A DNA stretch of 60,544 nt, counting the filler, from Platydemus manokwari (Eukaryota), in the NCBI GenBank assembly GCA_037951405.1. It is 6 parts of 6 records of this genome, joined end to end, with 100 filler letters (N's around TTAATTAATTAA, not from the genome) between each part and the next. Parts side by side here need not be neighbours in the genome. Positions count along the whole stretch, not along the records: positions 9,558 to 18,648 come from JBBMOY011300873.1; positions 18,749 to 29,759 come from JBBMOY010981084.1; 4 more parts are not named here. The stretch is one strand, 5' to 3'. This document shows, piece by piece, positions 12,545 to 23,137 of this stretch. The translations under genes and the position numbers were made by a program. Every line of letters starts with the position of its first letter. Positions within the stretch are counted from its first letter, which is position 1. Under the pieces are notes generated by a model. That model was not told the origin of the DNA. It saw only the letters and a list, made by a program, of their open reading frames with translations, and made no database searches.

Positions 12545-15500
12545 GTGTGTTTAAACACGAATATATTTGTAAAACTTTGAATAAACAAATATTAATACAA
12601 TTTCTATCTTACATGGTGTCACGAACAGATCTAAAAATAGCGCAATTAATTTTCAAGGACCCAGCTATTTTAATGGTGAAGATGTGGAAAAATTTCTTTC
12701 ATCATTTGACGAATACACAGAAGCGATGCAAATTCCGGAAATTTTGAAAAGCAATTTGATATTAAATTATGTAGATCCTTATGTACAGTCTGAAATAAAA
12801 TCCTATTTAAGTTACACCGACGATTTATCTTCAAACAATGCATTTCTACGTAATTTGTTTCAAATGTAAACAAAATGGACATTATGCTCCTTTTTGTAAG
12901 TCTATTGAATGTTTTCGATGTGATGGTCTCCATCTGCAAAGATTTTCTTGTACAGATATCAAAGATATCAAATATTTAAATACCGAGGAAAGAAACATCA
13001 CATCCGAGGAGGACAATGTCTTAAATACAATTTTGGAGAAAGATTGTAATATTTTGAATATGGGTGATTGTAAACAAGTTAATCCAAGAAAAACTAGGCA
13101 CAATCAATTCAAATTGATCGACAAAACTTATGCACGGTTTGTGAATGGATGAGTCCCTAAGACAAGCAGAATGTTGACAAAAGTTATATATAACGAATCG
13201 ATAACCAGAAAGGGTATAAATAAATTTCAATGTTGAAAATGAGAAAGTAAAGATACTCTTTGTTATAACGTAATTAGCGAAGGTTTAGTCAATAGACTAA
13301 TGAAAAATGATGATTTAATCAAAACGAGGAGATCTTCTAACCGGATTAGATTTGCAAATTGATCAATAATAAAACTTTCAGGATAGGTTTATTTAAGAGT
13401 TGTAGTTAGCGCAGAAGACTTATTTTTATATTTCGTTGTAGTACAAGAATATTTGGAGAATAATTTGAAGAAGGGTAGCATTTTGGTTGTGTCGAGTAAA
13501 AATTGCATTAATATAAAAGGGATTGAGATACCTTTTGCTTATAAAACCCAGGTAATATCTTTAAACTGTTAGATATCGGTTCGAGAGTCGGAATGCGATG
13601 GGAGTAGAAATGAAGATCCAGAATAATAAACAAGTAGTATTAGCTAGTTATGTGTTGTTGGGAGGTGGTGATTATTTTGCCAGAGTTATGGTTGTTGACA
13701 GAAATTAGAGAAATTGGATATTTGTATAACTTATGTTTTGAATACAGAGAAAGTAGACTAGATGAGATATTAAAAACATTGAACCGAACTTTGATGATAA
13801 ACTGAATCTTGATAATAAGAATAATATGATGAGGATACTATAGATATACAGAAATATTTTTAGTGCAGGTCTAGGAAACTTCGGAAAATGCGAGATTGAG
13901 AAACAGTATGAAAACAACACTGAACAGCCAACAGTGGTCAATTCTCCTAGAATTTCATTAGGGTTAAAAGAAGAAATTAAACATCCAATAGATGGAATGT
14001 TGAAATCAAACGTTATTAGTCCAAGTAATTCAGTGTGGAATGTCCCAATAGTGCTAATCAGGAAAAAGGATGGAGAGACTATAATGTGCTCAGATTGTAG
14101 AAGCTAAATGCATCTACGTCCGGAGCAATTTTTCCTATACCCAATTCCGAAGAAGTACCTAATGGTGTACAAGGAGCGAAAACAGTATTCAGCACTATAT
14201 AAAGACAGTTTCACTTTAATTGAATGTCATTCCGGATTATGTTCAGAACCAGCAATCTTTCAGCAACTTATCGATGCCGTATTGAAAACTGAAATTTAGA
14301 CAAACTGTATTATTTATATGGATGATATTCTGATATTTGGAAGAACAGTCAACTAACACAATGAATTGTGGGAAAGAGTTTTAAATCGAATCGACGAGGC
14401 TGGGCTGAAAATGGCTCCAAAGAATTGATTTTGCTTTAAAAAATTAAGTTTGTAGGTCATGTAATTGATGAAAACGGTATATAAACAGATGAAGACAAGC
14501 TTGGAATAATAAGAATTGGTTAAAACATCAATGTGTCATGGAACTACATAAATCTCGGGATCATGAGGTTATTATAGGCCATTATAATGGATTTTGCTGG
14601 TATTACCAAATCATTATACCAATTACTAAATCGAGTAAATTTGAATGTAATGATTTAGAAACAACATCTTTTCACAAATTAAAAAAGTCATTAATTTTGT
14701 CATCAGTTCTAAATTTACCATGCAAAGAAGGGAAATATGTTTTGGATACGGATGCATCTTTCGGTGCTATAGGAGCCTTAGTTTCTCAAATATTGCATAA
14801 CAAGAAAAGAGTTGCTATCTTTGTTAAAAATTTAAGTATTACCTATATGGTAAGAAATTTATTGTTTGGATGGATAGCGTAGCTCTGAAATGGTAGCTAA
14901 ATTGGGATTCTCCCAATACATCACAATATTGTATATGGAAAGAAGAGCTAGAAATATTTGAAATGGAAATAGAATATAGGAAAGGGAAAGAACATATCAA
15001 TGTAGATGAAATATCCCTATTAAGTCATTGTGAACAATGCTCTGTAAAGCATCTAAACCAACAAAAAAGACTTAATACACAGATGAACCATGAAAAAAGC
15101 GAGGTATCTTGTAATGACGATGAGAAAGTTTATGTCGAGTGGAACAAGACAAGTTTTTAGATCAGAATAAAGGTGAAGAACTGAAAATGGTGATATATGC
15201 AATTCTTAGCGGAGGTGCCATAGATTTATCAAAAAATCATGTTATTATAATATGTGGAAAAGAAAGAATACTTGATAAATTATACTATAAGAAGAATGGA
15301 ATTTATCGGTATATAGTGCCTCAATGTGATATTAAGACTTGTATTTAAATGGTTCATGAAAAATTAGAACATGTTAGTATGGAGTAAACAACCAGAGTTG
15401 TTAAAAATGAATTTTATAGGCCATGTTGGCAGAAAGTTATTCACGAATACGTGCATTCGTGTATTTATTCCTCATTAGCTAAAGAAATTGATGGAAGAAA

Positions 15501-15690
15501 TAGAGCCAAATTGAGATAAATAATTATCAATTCGAAATTTTTGGTATCGATATTGCGGGGATGATATCCTGAAACGAAGCAAGGAATCCGGTTTATACTA
15601 GGTACCAAAGATTATTTTTCCAAATATGTATCAATTATCTCATTAAAGCATATCACTGCAGAAAATGTAGCCAAAACATTATGGAAAGAA
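12485..15690 (+). mobile_element. Decayed Ty3/Gypsy LTR retrotransposon: short 5' LTR, PBS, gag, protease region, RT, RNase H, integrase; 3' truncated
   Basis: TG...CA segment 12485-12613 containing AATAAA; PBS tggtgtcacgaacag at 12614; gag FNGEDVEKFL and zinc knuckle CFKCKQNGHYAPFC; RT SPSNSVWNVPIVLIRKKDG, PAIFQQLID, IYMDDILIFG; RNase H YVLDTDASFGAIGA and IEYRKGKEHINVD; integrase core DYFSKYV...ITAENVAKTLWK. The RT-RH-IN order is Gypsy-type. Many stops and frameshifts. Confidence 0.9.
12614..12630 (+). promoter_or_regulatory. Primer-binding site, probably for tRNA-Ser(CGA)
   Basis: tggtgtcacgaacagat directly follows the LTR end ...ttaca and is near-complementary to the metazoan tRNA-Ser(CGA) 3' end as I recall it (TGGCGTCACGAACAGGAT). 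Confidence 0.6.
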
Positions 15691-16605
15691 AATAACCCAA
15701 GAAAGAGATTTCAGAAGGAGACGTAATTCAAAAAGTCAAGTCCAATTGTGCAAGAAAGAGATTTTGGTAAAAAGAATATCATCGAGCAATAGTTAATCGC
15801 ACTGAATCTCCATACAATGAGAGACTAACAAGATCAATGAAAGCTATTGCTTCTAAATTCTACAATGATTGTAGGGGAAAACCCACACCACATGGCTATT
15901 ATTTGAAACCAAGTGGCTTGTTCTTGCTGTGGTAAGCTTGGACACCGGAAGTTTGAATGACCACTCCGGAATAAATGTTTGAGATTCGGAAAAGAAGGAC
16001 ATTCGTTCCGAGAATGTCATTTAGCCAGAAAGCCTAGTTACAATAGTCCGAGGAGAATACTGTGTATCCATGACGAAGAAGATGAAGTCGATATTCAAAC
16101 TGAAAGTGAAGCAAGTAATTGTATAAGCTCACTCTTCATTGAAGACAAAAAAACTGAATCAAGCTCCTGTGCCTATCTTATCAGTGGGGTTGAGTCAGTA
16201 GGACATATATCAGCTAGAGATAGAATAGAAGTAAAGAAGAAAGACGACAAGAGGAAGAAGAAGATGTATCAGAAAGCAGATGGTAGAAAGTGGAATAAAA
16301 TTGAGTCCAACGCTACACATTGAAATGTTATCGGATTCAGTTGCATCAATAACATTAATGAACGAGAGCAACTGGAAGCGCATTGGAGAGTCACATATTA
16401 AAAATTCAGATGTTGGATTGGCTGGGAGATCGGTAAAGGGACACAATGAGAAATTGGACAAGGTATTCCGGTTGATAAAATTATCAGGTTTGAAAATCAA
16501 TCCCGATAAGTGCACTTTTGGCACTAGAAAATTGAATTTCCCGGATCATACGGTCAATGCAGAAGGTATAGAAACTAATGACGATAATGTAAAGAAGGTT
16601 AAAGA
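15690..16605 (+). mobile_element. Second, internally deleted Gypsy fragment (gag knuckles, protease, C-terminal part of RT)
   Basis: CSCCGKLGHRKFE and CLRFGKEGHSFREC knuckles; IEMLSDSVASITLM (DSGA-type protease motif); HNEKLDKVFRLIKLSGLKINPDKCTFGTRKLNFPDHTVNAEGIET (RT C-terminal motif). Confidence 0.8.
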
Positions 16606-16926
16606 AAAATTGGCAGATGAAAATAATGACGACAATAAAGTTCAAGGCCAAGGATCTATAAAATCTCTTAATAAAATTATTGCCGATCATAAAGATGTTT
16701 CCAAAACTGTCATTCAACTCAGTGGCATTATGAATACTTTCAAGAATCAAGTCCAAACATTGTTGAGTGAATTTTCTGGCTATTCAACACTTTGGAAAGA
16801 CGTTAGTAAATATTATTCTTATTATTTATTATTTATGGTGTTCAGGAGCCTCAAGTGAAAGTGAAGGAATTCATGCAATCAAAGCCGATATTATCCGAAG
16901 TCCATGCTCAAATCAAATACTTTGCG
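16606..16926 (+). CDS. DNAH5: Axonemal outer-arm dynein heavy chain (DNAH5/DNAH8-like) tail exons about 16606-16801 (5' edge uncertain) and 16846-16926
   Basis: IIADHKDVSKTVIQLSGIMNTFKNQVQTLLSEFSGYSTLWKD | EPQVKVKEFMQSKPILSEVHAQIKYFA parallels DNAH5 [25 protein letters not shown]...YNHIWQK...FITQSPLLSEFESQILYF. 44-nt GT-AG intron. Confidence 0.8.
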
Positions 16927-17309
16927 GTAATCATTTATATATGTGTATGTGTGTGGTTTTTATACATAACCTTTGTGAGAAGCGAGAGTTAATGTTAGAG
17001 AACAAATTGACAAATCACGATGAGTGTTCAAGTGTGTTGTTCATGGAATTATTAATAATTTGTGAGAATTTTTTATTGATATCTTGGAAATAATAAATAT
17101 TTTTATAGTGATAAAATACAGTCAGTTTTTCTATGATAATTTTATTAAGTGAAAGTTAAATAAAAATTTCAAATTTAAGTTTTACTTTCACTTAATATGC
17201 ATGATATCAAGTGGAATATCTTTTGATTTTATTTTCGAATAATGAATTTAAAATAAATTTTACTAAAGTTTTTAAATGTATCGATTTAAATATGGTTTTG
17301 ATGATGCAG

Positions 17310-17833
17310 GATATGGAAATCGAAATTCGATCACTTCCAGCAACTTACAAAGTAGGAGCAGTTATGCTTTATACGGAAACCTTAAAACAAGGTCTCATAT
17401 CTGAATGTCACTCATGGAAAAATGCCTACGCTCAAGAATTAAACAATCAATGTGCCGAACAAATGGATTCGATACTTGAACTATTTGACAGTATAAACAA
17501 ACGTTTTGCACGACCAGTCAAAGATCTTGATGACGTTCGATCACATATGGCAGCTCTCAATGAGTTACGAGAAACAGAGATCAGAATTGAGATGACAATA
17601 CAACCAATTGAAGAAGCTTATGTGATGCTTCATAAATATGAAATTTATTTCAATGATGGAAATTCGGAAAGAGTTGACAGTCTCAGTTATGGATACTCTA
17701 AGCTGAGATCTCAGGCTCAAATTGTTCAGGATCATCTCTTAGAAATTCAGCCTCAATTCAAAGGAAACCTTATTGAAGGAGTTCGAGTGTTTAAAGAACA
17801 AGTTACCACGTTTGTATCGGATTATGATACAAA
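17310..17833 (+). CDS. DNAH5: Dynein heavy chain (DNAH5/8-like) exon
   Basis: RPVKDLDDVRSHMAALNELRETEIRIEMTIQPIEEAY...ERVDSLSYGYSKL...IQPQFKGNLIEGVRVF matches DNAH5 [21 protein letters not shown]...GPIEESY...LQPSFKKELISAVEVF. Boundaries tgcag/gtattt. Confidence 0.92.
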
Positions 17834-17854
17834 GTATTTATTAGTATTACTTGC

Positions 17855-17908
17855 ATTATTATTATTATTATCATTATTATTATTATTATTATTATTGTTA
17901 TTGTTATT
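17855..17908. repeat. (TTA)n microsatellite in a dynein intron
   Basis: Imperfect TTA run; it explains the spurious poly-Leu tail of ORF 17211-17933. Confidence 0.85.
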
Positions 17909-18204
17909 AAAGATAAATTCGATATATTACTAAACAACACAGTCCAACTTTATATTAATTTTATCTTTCACAAATATTTATTTGGGCTAGTGTGCGTATT
18001 ACCTAATTTATCTTGATTTGCCGAACTTGATACGCGCATACTATTAATTGTGTTCTCCTGATACACTATTGAATGTAAGTCAACTCCATAATTGATTCAA
18101 TAAATATTGCAATTCTACATATCCAGTTATTTAATGTTAAATTTGCTATCTGTTATAATGAACCACTTTAATCGAACGTATTAATAAATATTACCATTTG
18201 TCAG

Positions 18205-18504
18205 AGGACCAATGGTGATGGGAATTGTTCCCAGAGAAGCATCAGACAGATTGACAATCTTTCAAACACGATTCGATGAATTGTTTCGAAAATTCACAAC
18301 ATACAGTGGCGGTGAAGAATTGTTTGGCCTCGAAGTTACTGATTATCCGGATTTGCAGAGAATTCGCAAAGAATTGAATTTGTTACAAAAACTCTATCAA
18401 TTATACAACAATGTTTTGGATACGGTTAATAGTTATTTCGATATAGCTTGGTCTGATATCAATATTGAATCGATCAATCAACAATTATTGGATTTCCAAA
18501 ACAA
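18205..18504 (+). CDS. DNAH5: Dynein heavy chain (DNAH5/8-like) exon; the gene continues beyond the contig
   Basis: [42 protein letters not shown]...[13 protein letters not shown]...LLDFQN matches DNAH5 GPMASGLKPQEASDRL...[10 protein letters not shown]...QLNLLQKIYTLYN. Phase matches the previous exon. Confidence 0.93.
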
Positions 18505-18648
18505 GTAATTCTTAAAAATATCTCGTAAAATTGGATTAATTAATAAAATAAATTTCTTTCTTGTTTTAAATATCAATCTTCAATTTTATGAAGTTAATAA
18601 TGATATGATTTATTTGATAATTTATCTGAAAACGTTTATTTCACATTT

Positions 18649-18748
18649 NNNNNNNNNNNNNNNNNNNNNNNNNNNNNNNNNNNNNNNNNNNNTTAATTAA
18701 TTAANNNNNNNNNNNNNNNNNNNNNNNNNNNNNNNNNNNNNNNNNNNN
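18649..18748. other. Artificial contig-joining spacer
   Basis: 44 N + TTAATTAATTAA + 44 N. Confidence 0.97.
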
Positions 18749-21700
18749 TAAATGATTTGGTAAAACAAAAACTTTAAACAACTAAAAAACATGAATAACT
18801 TTTGACTCAGCCTAATATTATTGATTATATATAATTGAATAAAATTGATTAGTATTCTGGTTGAATTTAACTACGGAATTTTTCTTAAATATATAAATTA
18901 TCAATTATTTTAAAATTATATTACTTTGATTAACTGATTTAAGATCATATTAGTACTGTTTTTGAACTTATAAAAGGACCCCAAATTTCTTTCGACAAAA
19001 TTTATTTTATATTTTGTAGTATTGCAGTATCATTCAATAAATTCTTTTAAGAATCTGTATTTCATTAGAAAAAATTTGTCAATAAGAATCGTATATATTT
19101 TGTCAAACTAAAATAATAAAAAATATGACCACATATATACACTAGATTTGTTTCAACAAAATGATTATCATAAACATATTCTCATTTTAAGCTAATGTAT
19201 ATAAATCATAATAATCTCGTTCATTTTTTTTAATAAACACCGCAAATCATCTAAAATAATTACAATTGTCGAATATTTCATATTATTAAATGGTATCATA
19301 TAGTTGTCGATTAGTTAGATTCAATACTTTATAATAAGGTTTAAAAAACTCCAACCATAAACTGGTAACAGTGGCATCCTATTATTATGAAATTATCATG
19401 CAATGACAAACATTGAAAGAACTTTACTTGTGCATTGTTAATAAAATTAAAATAAGAATTCAAATTTCGTACTCATAGGCAAAAAATCCATTTGTGACAT
19501 TATGTTTGATTATAGGTCCCAAACCTAAATTCAAACGATAAAATACTTTCTAATCCTTTCCACGGATATTGATAAATAATTGAGTTGGCTGCTAGTTAGC
19601 TGGGGGCAAAAATTATATAAACTTATTTCAAAATCAACTAAAACTAGACTTCATTTTCACCGGAACCATTTCTTAGGAACTCGTAATCTATATTATGACA
19701 ACTATTATTGGGTATTAATGAATTTAAAATTTGAGGTAACATTGTATTGATTAGTACCAAATTACTAAGTAAAACTTATTTCAAAGTTTCTAATGATTAA
19801 ATTATTTATGTAAAAATATTTCATGTTCAACAAATATTATTATTTTCAGATAACATTGAAGATGTTTGATCATAATTCTATTCAGTTTCTCCTGTGTCAA
19901 ATAAGATAAGCTAGAATATAAAGATCTTTCAAAATATAAAATGAAAGTCCAATAACAAACTCGGACTGAATAATCAAAGTTTGTATTAAAAATTTCTCAT
20001 GAACATAAACATTCAGCTAATACTTGATCGAATATTTCATTTTCATCATTTATATTTATCCTTGCATAATCTCGGTATTCACTGAACTTGAACAATACAA
20101 CTTGAAAGGAAGTGTTAAACTAAACCACTATCATATCTAATCACAGTAACTGGTTGTATATATTTTAAAATTGAAAAATTATTTTATGATATAAAAATTC
20201 TTGTTCGAATTTATATTGATTATGAATATTACATCTGATCAATACTAACTAAATACAAAATTTATAGAAAACTAGAAATTTCAATGTTGTATAGAACATT
20301 TTCTAAATATATAAATAATGTGGGTAGTTCTAATGTTTAATATACTAAATATAGTTTGAGTAATCCTAAAAATGAAAACTGATATTTATTTCACATAAAA
20401 ATGCTCTTCACAACGCAATAGGAAAATCCCTAAAGTCGGCTTTGAAATATATGAAACGTTTTCGTAGATGTATCTTCCTGGTATGAATCCGTAGCTATAA
20501 CAGGCTATATGTATAAACACAATCATTTCATCTTAACATCTCACCAACATTTTTTAAAATTTTAGATGAACTAATTTAAAAAATTTTAAATCAATTTTTC
20601 AGATTAAGTTTTTTGAAATTTTATCAACGAAAAATTACGAAATAATCATTCAAATTTAAAATTTTATGTTAACATTTGAAAGCTTGACCAAAAACAACCC
20701 ATCAAATCTGAATTATAAATTAAACTACCACAATTAATAAATAAACGCGGTGATGGGCTTGATTTGGAAAAATAGATATTCAAAATGGACCTAAATTTAG
20801 AATAATTTGGACATAATCATTTCACAAATAGCAGCCAAAGTAATTTATTTGAATTTATTAAAATTGACATTTAACAAAATCAAATAATTGTGGTTTGCCA
20901 TTTGTTGGCATTATGGTGCGAATTGCATGCATCGATTTGTACGAAATTGCAATTCAATTAAATCGATGGATGATAAAATTATTATTCTAGAATAAGTAAT
21001 CATAATCATGTTTCAATATTATAACATATAAGCAACATATTGTTAGCCATGGTCCGACATATAAGACAAATTTATTCCAAACATATTCCATAAATCATCG
21101 ATTGATGTGGCTCCATTGTCCCATAGTTCATACAATACATGGCTTGATAATTGGTAGCACAAATGCCCTTGACTAGAAATTGTAAATCAAATAATGCGAT
21201 ACCATATTAACTAAACCCTTTATTCATACCCCCAAACAGTCGTCCTGAACCACCATCCCTGAACCAATCATTATTTGGACAAAATCCAAAAGAAAAAAAG
21301 TAAATAAACTGTTTATTTTAATAAAGAAAAATTCTTAAATAAAAATAAAGCATAACAATGCAGATAATATTATCAGAATCAACATCACAAGGATGTGAAG
21401 AACACGATATATAGAGCCTAACAATATTTCATAATAAATAGTTTAAATTCTTCAATTCATCATCACCAAATAATTAAATTGTCCAAATAAAGATTTCAAC
21501 TTTTATAATTACACGTAGAAAAAGCAAGTCCTCGAAGCATTTTGTTTAAATGCATCAACAAAACCACTGAGATCAAATCATAAGTACAAATCTTCAAAGA
21601 ATAATAAAAAATAATAATAGAAAACAACTTGAAAACTGCTACGGAAATGTATCATAACGTACAAACGTAAATCCAAGCATAGACATGCAAGCGAAAGTAG

Positions 21701-22018
21701 AATAAATATAATTAATAATAAATAGCACTAACAATAACGTTATAGAAAAACAACCCCATTTATCTTCAACTCGTATCACAGTAAAGCTTTTGTACAAATT
21801 GAAAGAGTTTTTAAATAAAGCTGATATTAGAAATGAGAAAATTTTCTAGATATCGTTTGTTTTTTTTTTTAATAAATCTGGTTTGGAAATTATTTTTCAA
21901 ATATGGATAATTTTATGTATAATAATATATACGTGTGTGTGTGTGTGTATTTTTCAAATAAGCTCAATCGATATGTTCATGAGGATTGACCAAACAACAT
22001 TAATCAATGATTTTCATT

Positions 22019-23137
22019 TCAATGTTGGCCAGTGGTTTTCGGCCATGAAAATTGCTCTTCAATCGTTATCACTGCAAACGTGACCGGGGTCGTGTCTTCA
22101 CGGGTGATTTGAATCTTTGGAGTTTGGATCTGTGTCGTCGACGAAGTGGGAAACGGAGGAGCAGCGATGATTTCTGGGCCGGATGTGAACGGTGGTAAAA
22201 TGAGTGGCAAATTGAATGAGTATGGTGGACTGTGTCCTCGTTGCGGTCGGACACAAGGAGAAAGTGAAATCGATCTTTGACTTAACATTGATGTTGGACT
22301 TTCGAAATATGAGCTCGTAAATGGAGATAAACTCAATGGAGAACTCGTTGTAGTTGCCTTGGTTGTTTTTACGATTTGTTCCATCGTTGTTCCGGGAAGT
22401 ACTGCTGCCAACGAACGCTGTTGAGCAAGATAAGTACTTATTCGACTGGAACGCTTTAACTGTGACTTGAGCTTCGTCGATCCAAATTTCGTTTGGGCGA
22501 AAGAAGCTGCTGTAAAATTTGGTGTAGAGCTAGATTTTTGAATGAAGCAACCTTCTGAACTTACTTGGACGATCTGTGGCACACCAGAAGATGCTTGCCA
22601 GCCAAATGTGCTGGAGTATGGAATAGACACTCCAGGACCACCAAGTGCTATTTTTTCTGTTGAAGATATCAATTCTTGTTCCGAAATTTGCGGTTGTATA
22701 TCAAATCCAGGCGTTTGAATAAGACCTTCCTTCAGTAATTCAAACACTTCAAATCTTCTTTGATCAGATCGCCAAATATCAATATTGGGTTCGGTTGGAT
22801 TTATAAGATACTGCAGTTTTCCTGGCTCAATAAACAGTGTTAAATTTTCTGGAAAGTACGAAAGAATTTCATAAATATCTATTAAACATGCTGCTGCAAC
22901 TTGATTGATCAGAGGATCGACTTGATTAGTTCCTATCCCGACGTAAAACGTATACGCATACGAAATTATTGATGCTCCATAAGTTTGATCAGATTTGTTC
23001 GTCTGCGTCACCCAATATTTTTCCAAATGACTTTGCAACAATTGTTCCAACATTTCTCCAAACATATCAACACGTCTACGTGGTAACTTATTATAAAGAT
23101 ATGATAATAAAAAATTAACAGCAACTGTTGCCTCCAT
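22019..23137 (-). CDS. TOB: Tob/BTG anti-proliferative family protein (Tob-like), uninterrupted ORF of about 372 aa from the first ATG
   Basis: [30 protein letters not shown] matches TOB1 [30 protein letters not shown]. The Tob-specific motif [18 protein letters not shown] (TOB1 FTTATFAATKFGSTKMKN) is present, followed by an S/P-rich tail. The frame is open to GTG at 23152, so an upstream-spliced start is possible. Confidence 0.9.
   Translation of the reverse strand: [372 protein letters not shown]

Noticed and set aside
17211-17933. 240-aa ORF with a hydrophobic poly-Leu tail (membrane anchor)
   Set aside because: The tail is read-through into an intronic (TTA)n repeat after the donor at 17834; the N-terminal part is also intronic.
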